Shown here: piece by piece, positions 1-9,781 of the stretch | Layout of the letters: each line of letters starts with the position of its first letter | Position numbering within the stretch: the first letter of the stretch is position 1 | Translations under genes and position numbers: made by a program | IMG/VR virus record: IMGVR_UViG_3300037451_000035 | Span: 10,497-74,496 of that record | Reading direction: 5' to 3' (one strand) | Length of the DNA: 64,000 nt | Source: a virus | The notes under the pieces: generated by a model | Seen by the model: the letters and a program-made list of their open reading frames with translations, nothing else | Database searches by the model: none | What the model was told of the DNA's origin: nothing

Positions 1-205
1 TGGCCCGCCGCCGGAGCGGCGCCGGCTTGGCCGGTCACCTTGCAGAAGCGCGCGAGGCGGCCGCGCGTGTGCCGGTCCATCGGGACCGGAACAAGCTCGA
101 TATCCTCGTCGTCTTCATCGGCATCCAAGACCGCCTGCATAATGGGCGGGGGTTTAGACGATTCGAGCGAATCGCAACAGCCCTGCGGGGCGAATTTCCC
201 ACAGG

Positions 206-499
206 TCAATTATCGCTGGGGCGGCGGCTCATGTAGATCGTCGGGAGAAGCGGCCAGTCGGCATCCTTGGGCCAATCCGCACGAATTTTATCCAAAATGT
301 CATCGAGGGTGTGCAGCGCGACCGACTGCCCTTCGGGCGGCGGGCCTTTTTTCAAGTTCTTGAAAAACGAGGATTTTCCATAGAACTGCCGGCTGCAGGT
401 CGAAAGCGATTTGCCCGTCGCCTCCTGATAGACGGCGAGCACGGCAAATAAATTTCGGAGGATTTGACTGGCGAGCGATTCGGAGCGCGGGGCTGGCAT
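206..499 (-). CDS. Putative Cro-like small DNA-binding regulator
   Basis: MPAPRSES...TGKSLSTCSRQFYGKSSFFKNLKKG has an HTH-like pattern; divergent from the + strand early operon. Confidence 0.45.
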   Translation of the reverse strand: MPAPRSESLASQILRNLFAVLAVYQEATGKSLSTCSRQFYGKSSFFKNLKKGPPPEGQSVALHTLDDILDKIRADWPKDADWPLLPTIYMSRRPSDN

Positions 500-609
500 G
501 GGGTGGGACAATAAGCCCGGCCATGGGTATCGCGCAAGCGGGCCTTGCCATCCGGGGAGATTAGCCTTAGTGTCGGCGTTGCGACCTAGGCGAAAGCGAG
601 GTTTGAGCC

Positions 610-771
610 ATGACCAGAATCCAGCCCATCGAAGGTTTCCGCCGCGCGCCTCAGGCATCCTCGCCCGATGCGACGTTCTTCATCACCGCCGCGCTCGCGG
701 GCGGCGCTGGCGTCTTGATCGCAGCGCTCGCGCCTTATATTGCTGCGGTCTTGCTGGTGCTGGCACCATGA
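610..771 (+). CDS. Small membrane protein (53 aa)
   Basis: Hand-translated MTRIQPIEGF...IAAVLLVLAP; hydrophobic C-half; ATGA overlap with next gene. Confidence 0.5.
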   Translation: MTRIQPIEGFRRAPQASSPDATFFITAALAGGAGVLIAALAPYIAAVLLVLAP

Positions 772-1040
772 GCGCGGCGGTCTGGAAATTCCCGATTCCG
801 ATTGCTGACGAGTTCGTGCTGCGGATGCCGCGCGAAGCCGAGCTTTTGTTCGTCGCGACTCAGAATGAGCAGGGCTGTCTTTGGGCGCGAGTCGTGACTG
901 ATGATCGAGCCCGACTCGAAGATCGACGGTTCCGCCTTCGCGGGACCGGGCATTTGGTCGATCTCGATTGCAAGCATATTGGCTCGTTCATTTTGTCGGG
1001 CGGCGCGCTCGTCTTCCATCTATTCGAGGTCATCGAATGA
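768..1040 (+). CDS. Conserved phage hypothetical protein
   Basis: MSAAVWKFPIP...LWARV...GTGH...GGALVFHLFE, a pattern common in phage early genes; ATGA coupling. Confidence 0.75.
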   Translation: MSAAVWKFPIPIADEFVLRMPREAELLFVATQNEQGCLWARVVTDDRARLEDRRFRLRGTGHLVDLDCKHIGSFILSGGALVFHLFEVIE

Positions 1041-1252
1041 CCGCCCGGCCGCCCCCGCCCTACGAGCCGCGCCGCGAGCGCGTCCTGATCCACGTCGTCG
1101 CGAAGCTGACGGGCATTGATTATTGCGATGACCCCGACATCAACGCCCGTGCCATCGTCGCCGCGAACGAGACCTACCACGAGCGCATCAATGATCTGGA
1201 CTGGAGGGCCGCAATCCTGCGGCGGCTCGGATATGAGGGGCCGACGCTATGA
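1037..1252 (+). CDS. Hypothetical protein
   Basis: ATGA-coupled on both sides. Confidence 0.55.
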   Translation: MTARPPPPYEPRRERVLIHVVAKLTGIDYCDDPDINARAIVAANETYHERINDLDWRAAILRRLGYEGPTL

Positions 1253-1545
1253 GCGAGCATACGCCGGGACCGTGGCGCATCGGTCGCCAATCCTATTTTG
1301 TGGCGGCTGGCGCGCGGGGGCGAACATCGATCGCGCACTGCATCTGGACCGGAAGCATTGCCTCCCAGGCGACAAATCCGAGCCTTGAACAAGCTGAGGC
1401 CAACGCGCGCTTGATCGCTGCTGCGCCGGAATTGCTCGCGGCTTGCGAAGAGTTCGTCAGTAAGTATTCAGCGGACGCTTCGATCATGCTGAAGATGAAG
1501 GCCGCCATCGCCAAAGCCAAAGGAGAACCCGATGCCGCTTCCTGA
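1249..1545 (+). CDS. Conserved phage protein (HTPGPW...ANARLIAAAPELL family)
   Basis: Both signature motifs present. Confidence 0.8.
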   Translation: MSEHTPGPWRIGRQSYFVAAGARGRTSIAHCIWTGSIASQATNPSLEQAEANARLIAAAPELLAACEEFVSKYSADASIMLKMKAAIAKAKGEPDAAS

Positions 1546-1987
1546 AGGATACCTGCCCCGCAAGGGCGACATTCTCGTTTTGCACGTCAAGACTCGTTTC
1601 GATGTGCGCGACGACGACCTTGAAGGACGGAAGCTTTACGTCAATGTCCATCCGGTCGGCGAATCCCGTTATCACCATTTTCGCGTCCACCTTGACGAGA
1701 TCGAGCGCATTTGGTGCCGGCATTGGGAGACGGGCGCCAAGATTCAGTTGAAGCGCCGCGAGCCAGCCGAACGTCGGCCCGGCGAAGTGCTGGCGGTCGA
1801 AGGCGAGTTCGTTTGGGTGAAATTCTCCGACAGCGGCGAGCGCTTCATGACGCTGCACGCGAATCAGATTGAGCCCCGGGAAGAACCACCCGAGGCGCAA
1901 CAGCCGGCGTTTGACGTCGCCGGAGCCGCGGTCGAAATGGCCGCAATCCCCGAGCCGGCCCGTACCAACGTCCGGAGCCGATTCTGA
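1532..1987 (+). CDS. Hypothetical protein (SH3-like C-terminal part)
   Basis: AGGAG RBS, operon context. Confidence 0.65.
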   Translation: MPLPEGYLPRKGDILVLHVKTRFDVRDDDLEGRKLYVNVHPVGESRYHHFRVHLDEIERIWCRHWETGAKIQLKRREPAERRPGEVLAVEGEFVWVKFSDSGERFMTLHANQIEPREEPPEAQQPAFDVAGAAVEMAAIPEPARTNVRSRF

Positions 1988-2005
1988 CCCTGAAGGACGA
2001 ATCCG

Positions 2006-2938
2006 ATGGCACAGACTGAAACCTTGGCCCCGATAGGCCATAACAAGCCCCCGACACTCGCCCAGCAGATCGCCGAGGAAGAAGGCGATTTTGCTCAATT
2101 GACGACCGAATATCTCGAGGCCGAATACGCCAAGCAAAAGAAGATCACGGTCGAATTGCTGGCCGAGGCGACCGCGCTGATGCGCGACGAGGCCGGCAAG
2201 ATCAAGGCCATCGACGGCCCGGAAATGAAGTCGAAGGTCGTCTCTCTGATTCGCCGGATGCGCGATCATTGGAAGGCGCTCGATGCTTTCCACACCAAGG
2301 AAAAGCAGCCGTACAAGCGCGGCGGCGAGGCGGGCGATCAATTCTTCTTCGGCGACATGGACAAGCTGGGCAAGCGCACGAAGACGAGTAATCCCGGCGC
2401 CGCCGATATCCTCGGGCAAATCCTGACCGATCACGACAACAAACTGTTGGCTGAGGAACAAGAACGCCGGCGCGTCCAGGCCGAAGAGGACGAGCGCGTT
2501 GCCCGCGAAGCGCAAGCCGAGCGTGACCGACTCCAGCGCGAAGCCGACGAAGCCGCCGAGGCCGCGGCGCGCGCGCGCAATCCCGAGCGCAAGGAGGAAA
2601 AGCAAGAGGTCGCCCAGGAGGCGATGCAAGCCGCTAGCACGGCCGCGGTTACTGCCGCTGTCACCACCGCGCGCGCCGAGGAATCCTATGTCTCCACCCT
2701 CGCCAAGCCTGCCGATATCGTGCGCACGCGCCATGACGACGGCTCTATGTCCACCATGGCCCAAGAGTCCTACGCCGAGATCGTCGATCGCAACAAACTT
2801 CCGATGGCTATTCTCTGGCCGCACATTCCGCTCGACGGCTTGCAAAAGGCGGTGATGGCTTATGCCAAGCTGAATAATTACAATGTCACGCTCGAAGGCG
2901 CGGCAATCGGGCGGCGGAATAAATCGAGAGTGAAATGA
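2006..2938 (+). CDS. Coiled-coil phage protein of the recombination module
   Basis: IGHNKPP N-terminal motif, long E/A/R coiled coil, upstream of ERF/YqaJ. Confidence 0.75.
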   Translation: MAQTETLAPIGHNKPPTLAQQIAEEEGDFAQLTTEYLEAEYAKQKKITVELLAEATALMRDEAGKIKAIDGPEMKSKVVSLIRRMRDHWKALDAFHTKEKQPYKRGGEAGDQFFFGDMDKLGKRTKTSNPGAADILGQILTDHDNKLLAEEQERRRVQAEEDERVAREAQAERDRLQREADEAAEAAARARNPERKEEKQEVAQEAMQAASTAAVTAAVTTARAEESYVSTLAKPADIVRTRHDDGSMSTMAQESYAEIVDRNKLPMAILWPHIPLDGLQKAVMAYAKLNNYNVTLEGAAIGRRNKSRVK

Positions 2939-3239
2939 AAACGCTCGTCGCCCTCGTCGGCACTAAATTCCGCGGCCGGGAAGCAATGGACATGCTGGCG
3001 GCGCTTCCGCAAGGCGAGCCCCTGACACTGATCCGCGAACCGACGAATCAATTCGATCCGCGCTGTGTCCAAGTATGGGCGCGCGGTGTGCACATCGGCT
3101 TCATTAAGAAAAAGAGCAGAACAAGGCGATCTCGGCGAAGATGGATCGGGCGCGCCTCGATTCGTCTGAGGCCGTGTCCTTTCCGGCGAAGCTGGCAATT
3201 GACGGCGGCAAGCAGCCGATGGTGGAGATCGACGAATGA
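2935..3239 (+). CDS. HIRAN domain protein (apparent -1 frameshift near 3110)
   Basis: LVGTKFRG...LTLIREPTNQFDPRCVQVW...HIGFI is the HIRAN motif; the -1 frame C-terminus ends in an ATGA overlap at 3236-3239. Confidence 0.75.
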
Positions 3240-3403
3240 TGAAGGATAGAAGCGACGTTTTCGGCGCGTTCCTTGCAATCGGACTGATCTCGGCGGGCAT
3301 CGCGGCGACCTTTGGAGGATTTTGTCTTTGCTATATCGGAGGCGCTTTGCTTCTGGCCATTCTAACCGACCCACCCTCAAAATGGAGAAGGACTGATGGT
3401 TAA
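3236..3403 (+). CDS. Small membrane protein (55 aa)
   Basis: Hand-translated MMKDRSDVFGAFLAIGLISAGIAATFGGFCLCYIGGALLLAIL...; two hydrophobic segments. Confidence 0.5.
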   Translation: MMKDRSDVFGAFLAIGLISAGIAATFGGFCLCYIGGALLLAILTDPPSKWRRTDG

Positions 3404-4385
3404 GACCACGACCAAACAAAAGACCGCGGCTGACGGCGAACTTCTTTTCAACGCCCAGCCGCAGACAGCCGAGCAAGCCGCGAGCGGGAAAGCCGTCGCG
3501 GTGCGCACGCCCTCGGTTCGTAAGAAATTCCTCGAAAAGGCCGCCGAGCCCGAAAGCCGCGTGGTCCCCATGACCGGCCTCGCCGAAATCCTCGGCGTCT
3601 TCGAGCGGCTGGCGGTGAACAAGGATGTCAATCCCGATTCGCTCGACAAGCTGCTCGCCGTGCAAGAGCGCCTTATCGACCGCAATGCGAAGCTGGCCTT
3701 CGATCAGGCATTCGTCGCCATGACGGCCGAACTTCCTTTGATCCCGAAGCTGGGCCGGATTATCTTTCAAGAAAAAACGACGAGCGGAAGGCGCGACGGC
3801 GATATCGCTCAGAACACGCCGTATCCGAAATGGGAGACGACCGGCGAACTGATAAAGCCGGTTTTGCAAAAGCACGGCTTCGGATTGAGCCATAGAATGA
3901 GTTCGATCATCGAGAACGGCGAGCGGCGCCTTCGCGTCACCGCCCGGCTGATTCATGTTGGCGGCTATACCGACGAGGGTTGCTATTTCGATTTGTTAGC
4001 CGACACGACCGGGAGCAAAAATAATGCCCAGGCCTGGGCGTCTTCCTCGACTTACGCAAAGCGCCATACCGCGTTCGCCGTCCTTGGCCTTCTCACCGAA
4101 GATGACGACGATGATGCAAAAGGCTCCGGCCGCCCCGTCGTCATGGGCGACCCGCTGACCGAGGAAGAACTGGAAAAGATCAAGGAGTTCGGCTCCGCCG
4201 CGCTGTGCAGCGAGCCGGCGCTGGTCTCGCACCTGAATAAGACGCGGCCGAAAGGCCACCCCGAGATCAAAAAGCTCGCCGATCTTCCGCGCTCCCGGTA
4301 CGACGAAGCCGTGCAGGCGATCTCCAGCTACGACGCCAATCGGCGTGCGCGTGAAGCGGATGCCAGCAAGGCCACCCAGAAATGA
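3396..4385 (+). CDS. erf: ERF family single-strand annealing protein
   Basis: AQAWASSSTYAKRHTAFAVLGLLTEDDDDD matches the ERF signature; adjacent exonuclease. Confidence 0.88.
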   Translation: MVKTTTKQKTAADGELLFNAQPQTAEQAASGKAVAVRTPSVRKKFLEKAAEPESRVVPMTGLAEILGVFERLAVNKDVNPDSLDKLLAVQERLIDRNAKLAFDQAFVAMTAELPLIPKLGRIIFQEKTTSGRRDGDIAQNTPYPKWETTGELIKPVLQKHGFGLSHRMSSIIENGERRLRVTARLIHVGGYTDEGCYFDLLADTTGSKNNAQAWASSSTYAKRHTAFAVLGLLTEDDDDDAKGSGRPVVMGDPLTEEELEKIKEFGSAALCSEPALVSHLNKTRPKGHPEIKKLADLPRSRYDEAVQAISSYDANRRAREADASKATQK

Positions 4386-5074
4386 GCCGCGCCGTCGCCA
4401 AGCCAAAGCCGCTCGAAGATATCGTCGAGGTCTTCAGCGCCGAGGATTATCCGCAGGGTTCCGAGGCATGGTTCGGCCTTCGGCTCGGCATGGCGACGGC
4501 ATCCAATTTCCGCACCATCATGGCGGCCGGCGAGGACGGCGACGAAGCCAAGACTCGCCGGCGGCTGCTCTATCGGCTGGCCGGCGAGCATTTCAGCAAG
4601 AAGCCGGCGAACACCTATGAGAACGAGGCCATGCGCCGCGGCCGCGCTATGGAAGCGGCGGCGTTGGAGGATTACGCTTTCACGCGCGGCGTCGAGGTCG
4701 AGCGCGTCGGTTTTGTTCGCCGCACGATCAAGCGGACGCCCTTTGCCGATCTCGTCGTCGGATGCAGCCCCGACGGGCTGGTCGGCAAGAGCAAGGTCGT
4801 CCAGATCAAAACCATGGAGCCCGAACTGATCGTCCAGATGGTCGATCATTCCCGCTTTCCCGCCGAGCATCGCGCGCAATGTCAAGGCGAACTTTGGGTG
4901 ACGGGGCGCGAAAGCTGCGATCTGAAAATCTTTTACGCCGGAATGCCGCTCGGCCGCACGTTCACGCTGCAACGCGACGAGTCCTATATCGCGACGATTC
5001 GGAAAGAGGTCGAGAAATTCGATTACGAACTTCGGATGCTGATCGACAGCATTAAAGCGAAGGGGATGCAATGA
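4382..5074 (+). CDS. YqaJ / lambda-exonuclease family protein
   Basis: QGSEAWFGLRLGMATAS, AMRRG..ME, GCSPDGLVG...QIK, QCQGELWV. Confidence 0.9.
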   Translation: MSRAVAKPKPLEDIVEVFSAEDYPQGSEAWFGLRLGMATASNFRTIMAAGEDGDEAKTRRRLLYRLAGEHFSKKPANTYENEAMRRGRAMEAAALEDYAFTRGVEVERVGFVRRTIKRTPFADLVVGCSPDGLVGKSKVVQIKTMEPELIVQMVDHSRFPAEHRAQCQGELWVTGRESCDLKIFYAGMPLGRTFTLQRDESYIATIRKEVEKFDYELRMLIDSIKAKGMQ

Positions 5075-5679
5075 AGCACCGCATCCTCCCGATCGTTTGT
5101 GTTTGGCGCACGGTCGACGTGCACGACTCCGAAAGCGGCGAGGTTCGCCAGCGGCGCGCCATGGTACCGCTGGAGCGCTACGACAATCTTTCCGCTCGGC
5201 AATACCATGAAGGCGAGGAATATCCGCTCGTCCCGCTGGAGCCGCGGTCGCGCGCGAGCCACAACGCGTATTTCGCCGAGCTCAACGAGGCGTTCGACAA
5301 TCTCCCCGAAGGCAAGCGGCTTGTGGCAATCGCCGAAGAACTCGGCATCACGACTATTCCGCCCGGCGGCTTTATGAACTCCGAGCACTTCCGCGCCTGG
5401 GCGCTCTGTCAAACCGGCTGGTGCGAGACCATGGAGTTTGACTTCGACGAAAAGGCCGACGCCCGAATGGTTGCCAGCAAATTTCGCAAAAAGGACGCCT
5501 ACGCGCAGATCCTCGTGCGCGGCTCTCATGTGACGATCAAGGAAGCAGTATCGCAATCGGCGGCCGCCATGTCGAAAGAGCCCTTCGAGAAATCCAAGCA
5601 TGACGTGTTGGACCTTTTGACGTCGATGGTCGGCGTCTCTCGCGGCGAATTGAAGAAGCAAGCAGGAAGAAGCGCATGA
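5071..5679 (+). CDS. Recombination-associated protein (NinB/DUF1367-like)
   Basis: PRSRASHNAYFA...SEHFRAWAL..TGW; position after the exonuclease. Confidence 0.5.
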   Translation: MKHRILPIVCVWRTVDVHDSESGEVRQRRAMVPLERYDNLSARQYHEGEEYPLVPLEPRSRASHNAYFAELNEAFDNLPEGKRLVAIAEELGITTIPPGGFMNSEHFRAWALCQTGWCETMEFDFDEKADARMVASKFRKKDAYAQILVRGSHVTIKEAVSQSAAAMSKEPFEKSKHDVLDLLTSMVGVSRGELKKQAGRSA

Positions 5680-5996
5680 AGCCGCTGACCGATTTGCCGC
5701 TGTTTCGATACCCCGCGCAGCCCGGCTTCAAGGCTGGCGGTACGTCGCGCGACGCCGCGCGCGCCGTGGCGGCTGGAGCGCCGAATGTCCGCGAAAAGGT
5801 TTTCGACGCCATCGCCGCGTCGGAGCCGCGAGGATTGACCGCCGACGAGGCGGCGAGCGCGGTGGGCCGCAAGCCAGCCTATATCAGACCAAGAATAAGT
5901 GAATTGCGAGCTGCTGGCCGCATAATGCCGAGCGGAGAACTTCGAAAAAACGAAAGCAATTTGTCTGCCAAAGTGTGGAAAATCTCACATGAATAA
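5676..5996 (+). CDS. Winged-helix DNA-binding protein
   Basis: GLTADEAASAVG...IRPRISELRAAGRI..SG.LR.N....AKVW. Confidence 0.7.
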   Translation: MKPLTDLPLFRYPAQPGFKAGGTSRDAARAVAAGAPNVREKVFDAIAASEPRGLTADEAASAVGRKPAYIRPRISELRAAGRIMPSGELRKNESNLSAKVWKISHE

Positions 5997-6558
5997 AATC
6001 AAGCCGACAGACAAAGTGCCGGATCATGCCGAATGGCGTCCGTTTCCCTTAAACCCGGTCTATTTGGTCAGCGAATTTGGGCACATGACCAAAATCAACG
6101 GTCGCGGTTTGTTGCGTCCATATCCCATGAAAAACAAACCCTATTTCACCTATACGCCAACGCTTCAGACTGGCGGCACGCGGACTTTTGGATGCCATGT
6201 AATTGTTGCCCTCACCTTTATAGGGCGGCGTCCATCGAAAAGGCATGAAGTGGCCCACAATGATGGCGACGGCAGCTACTGTCACTTTTCCAATCTTCGA
6301 TGGGCGACTAAGAAAAGCAATTCTGCAGATACGATTCGACATGGGCGAATAGCTACCGGGCTTCGAAACGGACAGCACACCCACCCAGAAAAACGACCGC
6401 GCGGAGAACGCGCTGGCCGAGCCGTTCTGACGGATAATCTAGTCCGCTATATCCGCAAGACCGATAAGTCGATTCGGGCTCTTTCGCGAGAATTGGGCGT
6501 TTCTCGTTTTGCGATCAAATGCGCCAAACGGCGAATATCGTGGACGCACATTCAATGA
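5989..6558 (+). CDS. HNH homing endonuclease (NUMOD4/HNH_3 type)
   Basis: EWRP..YLVSEFG, HVIVALTFIG.RP...EVAHNDGD...NLRWATKKSN; lower GC than neighbours. Confidence 0.88.
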   Translation: MNKIKPTDKVPDHAEWRPFPLNPVYLVSEFGHMTKINGRGLLRPYPMKNKPYFTYTPTLQTGGTRTFGCHVIVALTFIGRRPSKRHEVAHNDGDGSYCHFSNLRWATKKSNSADTIRHGRIATGLRNGQHTHPEKRPRGERAGRAVLTDNLVRYIRKTDKSIRALSRELGVSRFAIKCAKRRISWTHIQ

Positions 6559-6890
6559 CACAAAAATTCAGCGCCGAGCAAAAGCTGGACGTCCTCGCTG
6601 GCGTCATTGGCCGACTTTGCGGAACTGGCGACCGAACCGCGGTACCGACCGTCGATCAAATCGCCGTCTTGCGCTCAATCGAGGTCGAGATACGGTCGCA
6701 ATCAGATCGCCAGATCGGCAAGGTATTAGAAGCGATGACCTTTCAGGTCGAAATGGCGAGGCGCTCGAAGGCGCGGCTGGGTTTCATCGAGCATGGAAAT
6801 ATGCAGACACTTGCTGAGGGAATTTGCGGCGCTTGGTGGACGACAATCAAACATTGCCTCCAGCACGAGAAAGAGGCGGCAAAAACATGA
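6555..6890 (+). CDS. Hypothetical protein
   Basis: ATGA-coupled on both sides. Confidence 0.6.
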   Translation: MTQKFSAEQKLDVLAGVIGRLCGTGDRTAVPTVDQIAVLRSIEVEIRSQSDRQIGKVLEAMTFQVEMARRSKARLGFIEHGNMQTLAEGICGAWWTTIKHCLQHEKEAAKT

Positions 6891-8650
6891 GCGACCTACC
6901 GATTCCCGAAGCCGCGCTCGACAAGCACATCGCTTTCCTCGGCGCCACCGGCTCCGGCAAGACCAGCGCCGACAAGGCGGCCGTGATCGAGCCGGTGCTG
7001 GAGGCGAACGGCCGCGCGCTCATCATCGACCCGAAAGGCGACTGGTGGGGCTTGCGGCTCTCCAAGAGCGGCAAGCGCGAAGGCTATCCAATTCCGATCT
7101 TCGGTGGCCGGCACGCCGACTATCCTTTGCGCGTCAAAGACGCCGCCGCGCTCGCCGAAGCCTACGGCACGTCGCATGGCTCGGCGGTGTTCGATACCAG
7201 CCTGATGTCGGTCGAGGACCGCGCACAGTGGTTTATCAATTTCGCCGAAGCGCTGATGCGCAAGAACCGCGGCCGCGTCCACGTCGTCCTCGACGAGTGC
7301 CATATTTTTGCACCGAAGGCCGGCGCCAAGATTCACGGCCTCGCGCCGCGAATGCTTCATGCGGCGAACAATCTGGCGAGCCTGGGCCGCGGGCTCGGCT
7401 TGCGAATCTCGATGCTCTCCCAGCGCCCCGCCAAGGTGCACAACGATCTGTTGTCGTGCGCGAAGACCATGGTGGCAATGCAAATGGTGCTGCCGCACGA
7501 TCGCGACGCGGTGCGCGATTGGATTGTCGATCAGGCCGACCCGTCGGTCGGCAAGGAAATCGTCGCGTCCCTTCCCTCGCTGAAGCCCGGCGAGGCGTGG
7601 GTCTGGTATCCGCTCGGCGGCTATCTGAAGCGCAAGCGATTCCCTTTGCCGCAGACTTTCGACGCCAGCGCGGCGCCGAGCGACGACCCGGGCGAGGGCC
7701 CGACGCTGGCGCCGATCAATCTCGACAAGCTCCAAGGAAAGCTTGCGAGCATCGAGGAAGAGCGCAAGGCCAACGATCCGGCGGCGCTGAAGAAGCGCGT
7801 CGCCGATCTCGAAGGCGAGGTCCGGCGGCTCGAGACGGCGGCGCCGGTCGCGCCGGCAAAGCCCGACAAGGACGCGCTGGCCGAAGCACAAAGACTCGGC
7901 TTTGCCCAGGCGGAGCGAAAGCTGGCCGCCGCCATGCGCCGGGAATTGGCCCGCAAGCTGAAGGAAGGGCTCGCCGCCATGCGCCGGCACGCCGCCGGAG
8001 CGATCGAGCGCATCGACCACGAATTGCGCAAGATCGACGCCAAGGACGTCGCGCTGGCGGCCGCCTATGAACCGCCGGCCGCCCAGCCCGCCCCGGCGCG
8101 GCCTCCAGCGCGCGCCAACGGCCCAGCGCCCTCGCCAGCGCGGGCGCCCGTAGCGCGCCCCGCCAGCCCGCGCTCCGAGGCCGAGGCCGGCAACGGTGCG
8201 ATCCCCCAGGGTGAGAGAGCCGTCCTGACGGCTATCGCCATGTATCCCGACGGCGCCGAGCGGGAACTTGTCGGCGTGCTCTCCGGCTACAAGCGCTCGA
8301 CTCGGGACCGCTACATTCAATCGGTGACCGGCAAAGGCTACGCCGAAATCCGCGGCAACGATCTCTTCGCCACCCAAGACGGCATCGACGCGCTGGGAGA
8401 TTTCACGCCGCTGCCGACCGGCCGTGCGTTGCAGGAATACTGGCTTCAACGATTGCCGGAAGGCGAGCGCCGAATCCTTGGCTGTCTGATCGAATCGTAT
8501 CCGAATGCGGTCGAGCGCGATCCGCTCGGCGAGGCGGTCGCCTATAAGCGCTCGACGCGCGATCGTTATTTGCAAACGCTGGCGACGCGCAAGCTTGTGA
8601 CCGCCGAGCGTGGCATGGTGCGCGCGGCTGATATTCTTTTCGAGGCATGA
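6887..8650 (+). CDS. HerA/FtsK-like (DUF87-type) ATPase with coiled coil and two C-terminal winged-helix repeats
   Basis: Walker A GATGSGKT, IIDPKGD, Walker B VVLDECH, SLGRGLG, SQRPA; duplicated GER....YKRSTRDRY. Confidence 0.85.
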   Translation: MSDLPIPEAALDKHIAFLGATGSGKTSADKAAVIEPVLEANGRALIIDPKGDWWGLRLSKSGKREGYPIPIFGGRHADYPLRVKDAAALAEAYGTSHGSAVFDTSLMSVEDRAQWFINFAEALMRKNRGRVHVVLDECHIFAPKAGAKIHGLAPRMLHAANNLASLGRGLGLRISMLSQRPAKVHNDLLSCAKTMVAMQMVLPHDRDAVRDWIVDQADPSVGKEIVASLPSLKPGEAWVWYPLGGYLKRKRFPLPQTFDASAAPSDDPGEGPTLAPINLDKLQGKLASIEEERKANDPAALKKRVADLEGEVRRLETAAPVAPAKPDKDALAEAQRLGFAQAERKLAAAMRRELARKLKEGLAAMRRHAAGAIERIDHELRKIDAKDVALAAAYEPPAAQPAPARPPARANGPAPSPARAPVARPASPRSEAEAGNGAIPQGERAVLTAIAMYPDGAERELVGVLSGYKRSTRDRYIQSVTGKGYAEIRGNDLFATQDGIDALGDFTPLPTGRALQEYWLQRLPEGERRILGCLIESYPNAVERDPLGEAVAYKRSTRDRYLQTLATRKLVTAERGMVRAADILFEA

Positions 8651-8874
8651 TGATGACCGCCGCAGAAATTCAAGCCAAGCGCGCCAATCTTCGGGCCATC
8701 GCCAAATCAACAGACGATCCCGGCGAGAAGCATTGGTGCAAAGTCTTTATCGCCAATCTCGACCTGATGGCGTCGGACAACGAGGAAGAACTCGAGCGCG
8801 GCAAGCGGACGTTCGAGCAGAACGTCGATTGGTACACGCGCCTATTTTTGCCAACCCGAAATTCACGGGGTTAA
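8647..8874 (+). CDS. Hypothetical protein
   Basis: ATGA-coupled ORF. Confidence 0.55.
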   Translation: MMMTAAEIQAKRANLRAIAKSTDDPGEKHWCKVFIANLDLMASDNEEELERGKRTFEQNVDWYTRLFLPTRNSRG

Positions 8875-8881
8875 TGCCTAA

Positions 8882-9781
8882 ATGAGCGACACCGCGACCA
8901 TAGACGCTCCCGACCGCCCCGTGCTGCGCTGGCACGGCGGCAAGTGGAAGCTCGCGCCCTGGATCATCGGCCATTTCCCGCCGCACCGGGTCTATGTCGA
9001 GGCGTTTGGCGGGGCGGCTTCCGTGCTCATGCGCAAGCCCCGGTCATACGGCGAGGTTTATAACGACCTGGACCAGGACGTAGTGAACCTCTTTCGGGTG
9101 CTGCAAACGCCCCTCTCGGCCGAGGCGTTGCGATTGAAGCTACGCCTTACGCCGTTCGCGCGGGAGGAATTTGAGACCGGCTACCTCGATTGCGAGGATC
9201 CTATCGAGCGGGCGCGGCGCCTGGTCATCCTATGCTTCATGGGCTTCGGATCCAACGGGCACAACAAGGCGACGCGCACCGGATTCCGGGCCAACTCAAA
9301 CCGCTCCGGGACCACGCCGGCGCACGATTGGGCCAACTATCCTGACCGACTACCGGCCATCATCGAGCGCCTGCGCGGCGTCGTCATCGAGAACCGCGAC
9401 GCCTTAGAGGCCATGGCGCAGCACGATAGCCCCGAGACGCTGCACTACGTTGACCCGCCCTACGTTTGGGAGACCCGATCATCGGCGATGCACCGGAATC
9501 GATGCTACACGCACGAGCTGGACGCCGCTGGCCATGAGCGCCTTCTGGCCTTCCTGGGCGACCTTAAGGGCGCCGTCGTCCTATCCGGCTATCCGCATGA
9601 CACCTACGAGGCCGCGCTTGGATCCTGGCGCCGCGTCGAGATCGATGCCCACGCGGACGGCGCGCGTGACCGGGTCGAAGTGCTTTGGCTCAATCCAAAA
9701 GCCTCGGCCGAGACAAAGGACGCCAAGGCACAGATCGGCCTATTCGACGAACAGGCACTACCAGGACGTCAGTCGCCATGA
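8882..9781 (+). CDS. DNA adenine methyltransferase (D12/Dam class)
   Basis: WHGGK, YVEAFGGAASV, EVYNDLD, catalytic DPPY. Confidence 0.93.
   Translation: MSDTATIDAPDRPVLRWHGGKWKLAPWIIGHFPPHRVYVEAFGGAASVLMRKPRSYGEVYNDLDQDVVNLFRVLQTPLSAEALRLKLRLTPFAREEFETGYLDCEDPIERARRLVILCFMGFGSNGHNKATRTGFRANSNRSGTTPAHDWANYPDRLPAIIERLRGVVIENRDALEAMAQHDSPETLHYVDPPYVWETRSSAMHRNRCYTHELDAAGHERLLAFLGDLKGAVVLSGYPHDTYEAALGSWRRVEIDAHADGARDRVEVLWLNPKASAETKDAKAQIGLFDEQALPGRQSP

Noticed and set aside
6793-8710. Long alternative ORFs (425 aa +, 604 aa -) over the HerA-like gene, and similar ones over structural genes
   Set aside because: Expected stop-poor shadow frames in high-GC DNA; Arg/Ala/Gly-rich with no domain signal.
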